Below the pieces are notes generated by a model. It ran no database searches, was not told where the DNA came from, and was given only the letters and a program-made list of their open reading frames with translations. Source: Negaprion brevirostris (taxonomy: Eukaryota). From it: DNA of 64,000 bases. Made by a program: the position numbers and the translations under genes. The stretch's first letter is position 1. Each line of letters opens with the position of its first letter. This document shows positions 1 through 10,559 of the stretch, piece after piece. Where the stretch lies: NCBI GenBank assembly GCA_030324005.1, contig JARDVH010000163.1, positions 91,361,494 to 91,425,493 on the forward strand. The letters run 5' to 3'.

Positions 1-385
1 GGCCCATGATTTGTGGGGGAGGGGCCCGCAATCAGACTGGGTGACAGGGAAGTTGGCAGGGGCTGTATCTTGGGCTGTGCGCCCCCACGATTGCAGTGGG
101 GGGGGGGGGGGGAAACTGCTTCAGGCTGCCTGCTACAGCAGGGGCCTGACAGCTCTCTCCTTTCTGTCAGACCCTGCTACTGCTAACGCGCATGTGCAGC
201 ATCTGAGGCCTGCACGTGCACACTATTTCCCTCTGCAGGCTTCTGCAGGGAACAACAGGCTCACTTAAAATTTTTTGGGCAGAGTGCATATGGGGAACCT
301 AAAATCATGCCCAAAAGACAGATCTGAAACTCTCCCAGTTTCAAGTCTGCCCAGCACTTAGGAAAAAAAAGGTAAAATTGCCCCC
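1..385. mobile_element. Right end of a non-autonomous PIF/Harbinger-like DNA element (MITE)
   Basis: GC-rich body ending in GGTAAAATTGCCCCC (371-385), followed by TAA, the Harbinger-type 3-bp target. Related termini occur at 8628-8641 and 57237-57250. Confidence 0.55.
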
Positions 386-611
386 TAAGTTTCTATTTCA
401 ATGGCATTTAGATTATTCATAAGACTCAATTATTCTGTCCAGACTATAAAGTAACTTACTGTCATGGTTCCTCATATCTCAAATATAGAAGATTTCCACA
501 ACCCTTCCATTGCCTGAGATGTGTGTTTCCTGTGGCATGTCACCAAAACTATATATAGTGTTCCAAGTGTAATTGGACTAGTACATTAGCATTAACATTA
601 TTTATGTAGAC

Positions 612-1030
612 TTGGGGAGACGTTGTTGTTATGATTTGTGGAGAGGTAGAGTCGTAGTTTGTGGGAAGGTAGCATCATGGTTTGGGGAGCCAATGGTTTT
701 GGGGTTTGGGGAGCCGGTAGTGTTGGGGTTTGTAGAGAGGTGGTGCCGGGGTTTGGGGAGAGACGATGTCAGTGTTTGTGGAGAAGTGGTGGCGGGGTTT
801 GGGGAGAGGTGGTGTCGGGGTTTGGGGAGAGGTGGTGTCGGGGTTTGGGGAGAGGCGGTGTCGGGGTTTGGGGAGAGGCAGTGTCGGGGTTTGGGGAGCG
901 GTGGTATCGGGGTTTGGGGAAAGGTGGTGTTGGGGTTTGGGAAGAGATGGTGTCAGGGTTTGGGGAGAGGTGGTGTCAGGGTTTGGGGAGCCGGTGGTGT
1001 CGTGGTTTGTGTGGAGGTGTTGAAGTTTGC
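612..1030 (+). repeat. G-rich minisatellite, ~23-bp unit GGTGGTGTCGGGGTTTGGGGAGA, ~18 copies, degenerate at both ends
   Basis: Periodicity is directly visible and explains the three overlapping repetitive ORFs at 612-1123. Confidence 0.95.
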
Positions 1031-2023
1031 AGCCTTGTCGTTGTGCAGATAACCCACTTATTGCAAAACCAGCTGAGCTTCACCCCATCAATATGTGTGA
1101 GAATAATATCAGCTGCTTTTTGAAATGAATCGGCTGTCCACTCTGCCAGATTCCCATGTTAGACATTCTGCAACGTCATTAGAACTAATTCCATCTTCAC
1201 TGAAGCAAATTTCATTGCCATAGAGAAGCTTTACAAGAAATAATTGCATCAAGACAATGGTTGCTATGGGTTTTGTTATTCTCCCTTCATTTATTTACTT
1301 GGTCCTCTTCATTACGTTGTGTTGTAAAAAGAAATTAGACCCATTACTTGAAGTATTTTGTTCAAGATGTACATACATTAATGTCTGATTCAATATTATG
1401 CTGTGAATTCACAAGAAATGAATAAATCTCTAACTTCTGTGATTGAACAGAACCTCCCACAGCTGTAAATGACAGTGATATCATTTGCAGGCACACCAGA
1501 CTCATAGATACCACTATGAAATCAGAAGTGGAGAAGAAATAGAGACTCAGTCAAAGCAAAGGAAATGAAAATGAATTGTAGTTAGGCTGAGCTAATAACG
1601 ATATAGCTAATACTTTATTAGATTGATTTGGGGGCATCCAATCATCAAGGAAAACAGTGAACATCTATATAGATTATGGAACATTTATCGGCAGAAATGC
1701 AAGAACAGAGATGCATAGAAAGGAAATGATATTAATACCTCTGCCAAATGGTAGGAAAAGCAAATGGAACCATTCTGTACAAAGATAGGATTGAAAAAAT
1801 ACCCAAAGGGGAATCTTAATAATCAAATTCAACTGATGAAGTGGAGGATTATTGTTAAATTATGACTTGTATATACAGTGAGCAATCTAATCTGCAGTCC
1901 ATATTGAGGTCAAACTGTGATGTGCCTTCATGCAGCCTCACCACAAAATATCATCTTATAAATGGGTTTTTCCTTCCAATAAGGATACATTGGACGCAGA
2001 TTCATGTTCAATANNNNNNNNNN

Positions 2024-2154
2024 ATCTGGATGCTTTCACCAACTTGAAAGATCTGAGTTCAGTTCGCATCAACAACAATAAGTTTACTACTATTGCAGAA
2101 GGAACTTTTGACCCTATTATTTCAATGTCACACCTACAGATTTATCAAAATCCT
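2024..2154 (+). pseudogene. ISLR: Leucine-rich-repeat coding fragment resembling ISLR/ISLR2 (last LRRs up to the NP preceding LRRCT)
   Basis: Translation LDAFTNLKDLSSVRINNNKFTTIAEGTFDPIISMSHLQIYQNP fits the LxxLxLxxN consensus twice and resembles the ISLR-family segment DAF..L..LRSL..NxN...T.AEGTF..L..LSHLQI..NP (recalled). It starts at the 10-N gap (2014-2023) and runs into VGW-stop instead of FxCxC. Confidence 0.7.
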
Positions 2155-3089
2155 GTTGGATGGTAACTACTTTGTCCTGTTGATTGTCCTGAAGGTCAAG
2201 TGCTGCCTTCACAGTATGGATGCAAGTTAGAATAAATCGCAGTAATTTTGTTTAGTCAATGAATCCCTTCTAAGGTCATTTTCTAATCGCCGTGTGAAGG
2301 CCAGACGAGTGGAGATAAGCCTGGGAAGAAAATGTTTTTTCCTAATGGTCCATGAATTATAAGAATTCATGCGAATAAATTAGAAAAAGTCAAGGCAGCC
2401 AGTTGAATGGGCAGTAATTCAGCAAGCTTACAGCTGAGGTTTATAAAACCTCTGATGTTCTTATATCATTTAAACTGTTGGTGACTTTAGATAACCAGCC
2501 ATATCGGGTTTGTGTTGGCACAACTTGTTGCTGATCCCAATACCTTGTGTTGCCAGCTGATAGGATCTACATGCACATCTGCAACGCTCCAGATCCCTGA
2601 CGCGATGTTGGGGAACCACTGAGTAAAGATTAGGCATATTTACAAAGGAAGAGGAGGAAAAGTAAATGGCCAGCTTAATTTTTCTTTCCTGTCCTGATCA
2701 GCCACTTTTAACAGAATTGCTGCAGCTGTACACAGATCTGAAAATAAGATCTGAATTTTATTGGCGGGTATTGCTCTATTATAAATTCTGTGTTGATGAG
2801 AACTGTTGACAATAAGTGCTAAATATAAGATATTGGCCCCAGCAGCTCACTGAGACACCATGTAGCTCAGAGAATATAATGTCAAAAAGAAAATAGAAAT
2901 AATTTTGAAATCATTCCACATATAATTTAAGCTCAGTGAAATTTTTTTACATACGGCTTAAATTTTCTTTTGAATATATGGCCCTTGGGTGAATTCTCTG
3001 AGTTGATATCTGCTGTGATATTATTAACAAGGTAGTTGTTTTGTGCATGAGCAAATTTTGGTAAAGTTATAAAGCTGTATTTTTAAGTG

Positions 3090-3290
3090 TGGTTAGAATT
3101 TCATTATATTCAATGCCTTGAATAATTGTGCCTTATTAACCCGTGAACTGGACCTCCAGAGAAAATGGTAAAGGCAAAGTCCCCTGTGTCACTTAAAAAT
3201 ACCCTTGTATAGAGTTAGCAACTCTCTCTGGTTAGATGTGATATTGTGGGCTGAATGGCTATCCTCATCCATAATTACCTTGTGAACATA
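3090..3290 (+). mobile_element. Old, degraded CR1-like LINE 3' end
   Basis: Ends GGGCTGAATGGCTATCCTCATCCATAATT, the same tail type seen at ~60840-60860 and ~61900-61920. Confidence 0.45.
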
Positions 3291-4644
3291 TTGAAGTAAT
3301 GTACAAACTAAGCAATAAAATACATTACACGTTTATAATATGTGGGATTTTGTTTTACATTGTTTACACATTTAACTTGTTCAAACTTCAGGGATATATT
3401 TTTTAAGGAATTTATGTTGAAGTTTAATGACATTACAAAGTTTTTAGGTGGTTTCATTTGGGTACTAAAGTCCAAAGTGATCCCAAAGCAAAGCATCGTG
3501 AGATGCTTTGAGAAATCAATTGAGAGAGTCTCAATATTCACAAGGATCCCAGTGGTCTGTTGGTATTCACAAGCAATCTCCAGAAATAAGAGGGATCCCT
3601 GAGAGTGTTTCACAATTTGAAGGCGTCCCCAGGCATGCATGAATATTTGCATGCTTCTCCATAAGTATGTCACTATTTACAAGGCATCTCTGTTGTAAGT
3701 AAATATTTGAATTAAGTCCCTGGAGTTTGTCAATATTTTTAGAAAGTCGCCCACAAAGAAGGGTTTGAGTATTAGAATCCTAACTTGCTGCACTATCTAC
3801 TACATTGACCTGAAAGGGCTGCAGTGATAGATTTTTATTTAGTCTCTTGCTTTTACGATTTAAATTGAGTGCCTTCCCTGACTTTTAGCCTCTCTCTGCC
3901 ACATGTTATTTTCTGATCAAAAGAGAGGACGTTAACCTTCTCCCACACGTCCATCAATAACTGTCAAAGTGTTCCTTTGTAGGGGTCTAAGATTGGGCGA
4001 AGGTGACTGGCATCTTATAGTCCTCCCCCTCCCTAACGGAAGTGCTTTGCCTCCAATTCTTACATCCTTGACAACCCAACTTGAACTGTGAACTCATTTG
4101 CAGAATTTAGTTCAAACTTTCATCCGATTATACCTTTCCTACAGTTAGGCTAATCTATAAATTTGACTGTTTATGTACTGGTAAACAAAGCCCTACTTGC
4201 ATTAAAAAATCACGAAAATGAAGATATAATTTGGCATTTTTCATTTTAATTTGTAACAGTGTCAGGATCCTATATATCCTTTCCATCAATTTTTATGGGG
4301 TTTTCTAGATTTTTAAGGAAGAGTCTTATAACTAGCACCAAGCTTTTATGTGCTAAGACAAAGATAGATTTCTTTGGATGAATGTTAAAATGACAACTAA
4401 AATGCCCTCCATAATTCACTTATCCTCTTCCCTGGCTTTTATCATTAATCCTGCTGTTGACTTGTCTTTTTCACTGCATAAAAATGAGGTCAAGTGAACA
4501 GTTTATGGTTGAGCCAGTGGCTCAGTGTTCAAATATTTCCTGCATCAGAGAAATTCAAATGTTGAATCATTCTTGTTTAATCACATGCCTGCCAATGGAG
4601 TAAGCCATTTAGTTTCAGGAAACCTGCTGAATAGTTTCTATCTA

Positions 4645-4967
4645 GGTGGTATGGCTGCTGCCTTGCAGTGTTTAATTCTCGCCTTGGGTGACTGTGTGGA
4701 GTTTGCGCGTTCTCCCTGTGTCTGTATGGGTTTCCTCCGGGTGATCCGATTTTGTCCCACAGTCGAAAGATTTGCAGGATAGGTAGATTAGCCATGGTAA
4801 ATTTCCCCTGAGCATCCAAAGATGTGTAGGTAAGGTGGATTTGCCATAGTAAATGCACGGGATTACGGGGATAGGGTGGGAGGTGGATCTGGGTAAGATA
4901 CTGTTTTGGAGACGTGGTGCAATAGGCTGAATGGACCACCTTCTGCACGGTGCCGATTCTTTGGTTC
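4645..4967 (+). mobile_element. V-SINE (HE1-like) with CR1-type tail, internally duplicated
   Basis: V-domain TGTGTGGAGTTTGC..GTTCTCCC..GTGTCTG..TGGGTTTCCTCCGGGTG, duplicated AAAGAT..GTAGG..GATT.GCCAT block, tail GGCTGAATGG...TTCTGCAC..GATTCT. Confidence 0.85.
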
Positions 4968-5389
4968 AATGTGAGTTGGGTGGGCATGTGAAGTTCAACA
5001 CACTTGCATTGCACAGTTGTGCCATATCACATTGTTACATAGTTCTGCAGTATCCTTTTACTCTAACGCTTACCTATACTACCTTTTGTGTGCCCACTAC
5101 AGTCCCCTTTCTCAGTTACAAAAATAGCATAAAGAAGATGGCTAATAAGAAAAAATTGAGTTCTTTTTAAGTACAAGTGTTACCTTGACTGAGACTCTGT
5201 CTGTCAAAAATCAAAGCATGACCGGCAAGGTTTTAGTTAGGCCATTAAAGCACAAGGAAGAGTATCAGAAGAATGATCCCTAGTGCCTGGTCTAATTTAT
5301 GAGAAAAAGTGAAGAAACTTGGTCTCTTTGGGCTTTAAAGGAAATGTGCAACACATATCAAAACTGGCTCAGTCAAAGAAGTCATGATA

Positions 5390-5635
5390 TGGGGATGCCG
5401 GCATTGGACTGGGATAAACAAAGTAAGAAGTCTCGCAACACCAGGTTAAAGTCCAACAGGTTTATTTGACAGTAAACCCACAAGCTTTTGGGGTTTGCCC
5501 CTTCATCAGGTGAGTGGAAAGTTCTGGTCTCAAACAGAGCATATTAATTGTGTGTGCCTTTTATATGGTTTTATATTTGGTTTACTACCAAATAAACTGG
5601 TTGGACTTTAACCTGGTGTTGAGAGACTTCTTACT
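5390..5635. mobile_element. Penelope-like short element with ~46-bp inverted repeats and a decayed hammerhead motif
   Basis: AGTAAGAAGTCTCGCAACACCAGGTTAAAGTCCAACAGGTTTATTTG (5422-5468) is mirrored by CAAATAAACTGGTTGGACTTTAACCTGGTGTTGAGAGACTTCTTACT (5589-5635). A second copy lies at 35764-35896. Confidence 0.7.
5479..5512 (-). ncRNA. Decayed minimal type-I hammerhead ribozyme motif
   Basis: Minus strand reads CAC-CTGATGA-A-GGGG-CAAA-CCCC-AAAA-GCTT-GTG: core box, stem II and stem I (CAC/GTG) are present, but GAAA is mutated to AAAA. Confidence 0.55.
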
Positions 5636-5805
5636 AATGTCATACAAGTACAGGGACTACAGCCGGTAACATGGGTAGGCATTTAACATAACTCAGACGG
5701 TCACGCTCCCCACCTGGAATCATATCAAATTTCGCAAGACGTTGGATGCGTGTCACTGACATCATCGTGCACTTGCTCGGTCAGCAGACATGCACGTGAG
5801 AGTCA

Positions 5806-6081
5806 GTTTAAGTTTTCTTATTAGTGTCACAAGTAGGTTTACATAACATTGCAATGAACTTACTGTGAAAATCCCCCGGTCACCACACACCTGTTCAGGT
5901 ACACCGAGGGAAAATTTAGCATGGCAAATGCACCTAACCAGCATGTCTTTGAGGAAACTGGAGCACCCGGAGGAAACGCATGCAGACATGGGAGAACGCA
6001 GGAAGAACATGCAGACTTTGCACAGACAGTGACCCGGGTCCCTGGCGCTGTGAGGCAGCAGTGCTAAAGACTGTGCTGCCC
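5806..6081 (-). mobile_element. V-SINE with Rex1-like tail, inserted into an older GC-rich element
   Basis: Reverse strand has a tRNA-like head GGGCAGCACAGT..TAGCACTGCTGCCTCACAGCGCCAGGGACCCGGGT, the V-domain, and the tail CTACTTGTGACACTAATAAG. Confidence 0.85.
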
Positions 6082-6254
6082 ATAGAAGTGCTCCCAGCAA
6101 CAATCAAGCAGGCAATTTAGCCCATTACGCTGCCAGCTGAAAGCTACTATAAGTGGCCTGTCTACGTCTATGGTTGGTGAGCACGTCAATTGGTTAGGTG
6201 GCCTTTACAATTCAACTGTACCTGTGGGATGAAATATCAGGGCTGAAATTAAAA

Positions 6255-6520
6255 AGGATTTGATTTAACTTATTATTGTCATAGGCATTGTGATAATGAA
6301 AAGTCTCTTATGTGCTGGACAAACAAACATACCGTTCATAGAATAGATAGGGGAGAAAGAAACAAAAGGGAGCAGAATATAGTGTTACAGTTGTAGATAG
6401 GGTGTAGAGAAAGATCAGCTGAATTTATGGTAGGTCCATTCAGAAGTCTAGTGGCAGCAAGAAAGAGGCAGTTCTTGAGTTGGTTTGTACGAAACCTCAG
6501 ACTTTTGTACTTTTTTTCCC
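6255..6520 (-). mobile_element. Rex1/Babar LINE 3' end fragment
   Basis: Collinear with 16800-17070. Minus-strand translation KYKSLRFRTNQLKNCLFLAATRLLN matches the Rex1 C-terminus. Confidence 0.7.
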
Positions 6521-6547
6521 TCGATGGTATCTGGGGACTGGAGTCTT

Positions 6548-6708
6548 TTTTTTCCATTCATTCATGGGACATGGGTGTTGCTGGCTGGCCAACATTTATT
6601 GCCTATCTGTAATTGCCCTTGGAGGGCAGTTGAGTGTCAACCATATTGCTGTGGCTCTGGAGTCACATGCAGGCCAGACCAGGTAGGAAAGTAGAGTTTC
6701 TTCCTTAA
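6548..6708 (-). mobile_element. SINE 3' part; tail shared with the LINE at 48365-49916
   Basis: GCTGGCTGGCCAACATTTATTGCC...AATTGCCCTTG tail; same family as 12920-13100, 45915-46220 and 50585-50975. Confidence 0.7.
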
Positions 6709-6808
6709 NNNNNNNNNNNNNNNNNNNNNNNNNNNNNNNNNNNNNNNNNNNNNNNNNNNNNNNNNNNNNNNNNNNNNNNNNNNNNNNNNNNNNNNNNNNN
6801 NNNNNNNN

Positions 6809-7124
6809 ATTGGAGGCAGTGGTCAGCAGGGGACGGGGGTGGACAGCCTGCAGGGGGTGACTGTCAGGGAAGGGAATCTGTGTTTGAGCTGGGGAGGGGA
6901 AGGGTGTTGGAGATCAGGGCAGGCCAGGAGGGAGGGCATTGAGATTGGACCTGGGAATGTTCAGGAGGCCAGTGATTAGGCCAAGAGGGGGGGGCACAGA
7001 GAGCATTGTAGAGGTTGCGGGGCTAGCCAGTGATTGAGCTGGCCAGCAATCAGGAGGCTGGCAGTGCGAGGCCACAAATCAGTTCTGGTCTGCTCAGCGC
7101 ACAAATTTTTGGGGAGAATTCTGG
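6809..7124. mobile_element. Harbinger-like MITE remnant after gap
   Basis: GC-rich block ending in a TIR-like GGAGAATTCTGGCC. Confidence 0.4.
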
Positions 7125-8059
7125 CCAATGTCTATTTAGATTGCGCCTGCCTTCCTTGTGAGAACCATGCAGCATATTTCTGTGTTGAAAGCACTGTGTA
7201 ATTGCTAATTATTACTGTTCCAGAGATGATTCTTTCTGCTGCATGGAGAGAGTGGAAAGGTGTGAGCCATCACATTTTCTTTTCCCCAGCTCTGTTTTTT
7301 GTTAGGCTTTGCTTTCAATAATTGCTCTGTTATGATTGAACTAACTGAACTGCACATTCTTCCAGACTGTCCCTGGTATGTTAATTAATGCCAGCAGTTT
7401 CAAAAATCTTTTGGAAATGTTCACATCAACCTATTGAGAACAATCCATTTATAGGACACAGGAAGATACACCTCTCACTGTTAGTAATTGCTTCATGGCA
7501 GGTGACCACCTAGAAGGACGGAAGGGAACGCTTCCAATTGATGAAAATTTTGATATTTTCCAACCAAGACGGAGAAGGAAAACTATAGTTTTGCATCATT
7601 ATTAGCTGGGAACAGCTTGTTCAAGTAATTTATCTAGCAGACCTATTTTTGCAGGGATCTCATTGCCTTGTGTCGAGATTTTGCCAATCAACACTGAGTG
7701 GCTGAATTGCCTCAGAACAACCAAATTGTCATGCAGAAGTGAGATGGTTAGTTTCTGTTCAACATCATTAAAACTGTCCAAGGACAGGCCAGGCATAAAA
7801 GCATTTTTCCAGTTGACAGACCCAGCCTGACGTNNNNNNNNNNNNNNNNNNNNNNNNNNNNNNNNNNNNNNNNNNNNNNNNNNNNNNNNNNNNNNNNNNN
7901 NNNNNNNNNNNNNNNNNNNNNNNNNNNNNNNNNNNNNNNNNNNNNNNNNNNNNNNNNNNNNNNNNNNCACCTAGATCCCTCTGCTCCTCCACACTATTCA
8001 AAATCCTCCCATTAGCCCTATACTCAACACATCTGTTATTCCTATATATGTCAATAACA

Positions 8060-8641
8060 CACACAGCCTGCTGGCAAGCCTCCCCCCTCAATTATATAGG
8101 TAGCCACTATTTAAATAGCTGTCTCCACGGTTAATATGATAGCTGAACCCATCTCCGCCAACTCCACTGGGAGCTGCCAGTCCAACCAGAAATCCAATCA
8201 GCATCTCTAAAGAGTCAGCAGTCGGCAGTTCATCTAGAATTGGCGGAGGCTCTGCAGCTTCCAACAGGTAGGCTGAGAACATCTAAAAATAACATAGAAG
8301 TGCTACTGGTGGAAAGGAAATCCCTCCAAGGAAATTCCGGGACAGTGGGGGCTGCCTTCCCTGGTCATGACCCTCTTTTGGTTTAAGATAACAATCCCTC
8401 AAGGGCTGCCAGTAGGAGGTCACCTCCATTCAGGTGGTGCCTTCCCCACATAGTCAGGGCGTGCGGAGGAGGGATGTCAAACTGTCGAAGGCCAGTTATA
8501 ATGACCCTTCACAGGGCCTTGTGGCAAGAAGCCTGTCCAAACCTGTTTCCATCATCAGTAAAATTCCCTGATGGCAGGACATGGATGGGGAGCTCCTTGG
8601 CCATCTTGTTTCTCCCTGATGCATGTTGGTAAAATTCTCCC
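8060..8641. mobile_element. Harbinger-like MITE
   Basis: GC-rich block terminating in GGTAAAATTCTCCC (8628-8641), the same terminus class as 371-385. Confidence 0.5.
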
Positions 8642-8724
8642 TTTCATATTTCTGAAGTATTGCTGTGACCTTATATATTTTCAACACTGAGAAATAGTAA
8701 ATTTGCAGGAAAACAGTGGTGAGG

Positions 8725-8945
8725 ACAGATTGTAGCAAGACTTGGGCAACATTCAGGCTTGGGCTCATAACAAGTAACATTTGTAGGACATAGGTGTGAG
8801 GAAATGAAAGTTTACCTAACTTTCCTTGACATTTAACAGCACTGTCATAGTCAGCCACCTTAACATCCTTGGGGTCATGACTGACCAGAAAATTAACTGG
8901 ACAATCCACATAACTTCTGTAGCTACTTCAGCTGGTCAGACACTG
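8725..8945 (+). mobile_element. LINE RT-region fragment (same family as 10560-12900)
   Basis: Translates to ...LNILGVMTDQKINWTIHI..., a typical post-RT LG.T.D.KL.W..HI motif. Confidence 0.6.
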
Positions 8946-9007
8946 GTGGTAAATTACTCAAATGACCAATCTTCCTTTCAGCTTCTGTTTGGTTTGTTGG
9001 CAGCTTG

Positions 9008-9681
9008 TGTTATGGTTCAGGTCAGAAACTCCAAAGTGTTTTATGAAGCTGATCTGAATCATACATTTTACATCTTGAATTTGGCTGGGATAAGCACGAG
9101 ATGCTTCACTTTGGCATGATCCAAATGGTCCGGTAGGGAGCTTTTATCAAACAAAGTTAATTAAGAATATAGTACAGTATGTATAGTAAGAAAATTAACA
9201 AGAACTTTTATCAATTACAAACAAGGAACAAAACAACCACTATAGTGTATAAATCTTAATGACTATCTTTAATGTGTTCCAAATAAAATCAAAATCCAAT
9301 AAACAAACCCTTCAGATAGATTTGACACTGCACAGGCTAAAGCTCACAAAGCTCCCTGGGTTGAACGCTAATTTCAAAGGATCTTGAAAACTCAGAGCAG
9401 CTTGTAGTCGTCAGCTCCCCAAAGCACCAAAAACATAGGTTCTTTACTGCTGCATGGTAATAAGCTATGCTTTCAGCCAACTGCTAAAACTTTCAAAATA
9501 AAAACAGGGAGACTTCTTTCAGTTGGGCTTCCAACACTGCACTCTAAATAAAACTAAAATCAATCCTTATTATCTAAGCTGCAAAGTTTTTTTCTTCTCC
9601 CACCAATAACATCACCTAAGGCTATGAGCTGCAGAGATCATGATTTTAAAAAAAATCTCCTACAGGGATATTAACATCACA
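9008..9681 (-). mobile_element. Solo LTR (~674 bp), probably Gypsy-type
   Basis: Termini TGTTATG...CATCACA (6/7 inverted match, TG..CA), flanks CTTG/CTTT (4-bp TSD with one mismatch). Homologous copies start at 22486 and 62989; strand inferred from AATAAA on the minus strand of the 63-kb copy. Confidence 0.7.
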
Positions 9682-9929
9682 CTTTTCACACTGCACATTC
9701 CTTTTTAAGACTATTATATGGTTGCACATTGTGCTTTATTGCAAGGGATTATTATCTGTGTACCGTCTATTCATTCCCTGTCCTGTATATTCCAGATTGT
9801 TGCGCAGCTGTATTCCCGAACAGCTTTGGGGGAATATTGTATTGTAGAAGGAATATGCCGTTCTACAAGTCAAATACAAGACAAGATACAAGTCAGGGCT
9901 TTCCTGGATGCTTTCAAATCCATGAAATG

Positions 9930-10555
9930 GAAAATAATGAAAATAAGCAGAGAGGTAGCTTTGATAATGAAAAGCAAAAGAATAGTAATAAGAGTTTTGT
10001 TTCAGAAGGCCAAGAAGTGGAATCAATATGAATAGAGATTAGGAATAACAAGGAACAGAAAACACTGGTGATAAAAGTTTATAGGCCCCCTAGCAGTAGT
10101 TATACTACTGGACAGAACAATAAGCAATAATTGGATCCTGTAACAAATGTAATGTATTAATTATGAAGGACTTTAAAGTTCATATAGACCAGACAAATTG
10201 TTCAAGGTGGTTTAAAAATCTAGGATACATTTGGAACAGTTTCCTGGAACATTATGTTGTGAAACTAACTAGAGGTACAAATATCATAAAACAGAAAATG
10301 CTGAAAAAGCTCAGTACGTATGGCAACCTCTGTGGCGAAAGAAATACAGCTGACAGTTTGAGTATGTATGACTCTTCTCCAAAGCTGCCAGACCTGCTCG
10401 ATTTTCTGGCATTTTCTGTTACATTTCAGATTTCCAGCATCCACAGTATTTTGGTTTGATAATCGGAGTATAGCAGTTTGATCTAGTATNNNNNNNNNNA
10501 GGATTCTCTGAGAAAAAATGATCATAATACAGTTGAAATCCATATTAAGTTTGAG
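9930..10555 (+). mobile_element. CR1 LINE ORF2 endonuclease-domain relic, interrupted by a palindromic element
   Basis: EVESI*IEIRNNKEQKTLVIKVYRPPSSS matches the APE-domain VESxW...G.xYRPP motif. Confidence 0.7.
10285..10457. mobile_element. Short palindromic (fold-back) Penelope-like element
   Basis: AACAGAAAATGCTGAAAAAGCTCAG... is mirrored by ...CTCGATTTTCTGGCATTTTCTGTT; same family as 49917-50122. Confidence 0.65.
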
Positions 10556-10559
10556 AACA

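Noticed and set aside
612-1123. Three overlapping Gly/Trp-rich ORFs; CRISPR-like periodicity
   Set aside because: These are translations of the minisatellite. Units are contiguous with no unique spacers, there are no cas genes, and the context is eukaryotic.
1214-1273. RFX X-box-like sites (TTGCCATAG, GTTGCTATGG)
   Set aside because: Only half-sites match; expected by chance.
2024-2154. Agnathan VLR donor LRR cassette
   Set aside because: The sequence fits the ISLR family better than the VLR LP.GVFDKLT.L..L.L consensus, it is the only LRR piece in the window, and the repeat landscape is chondrichthyan-like.
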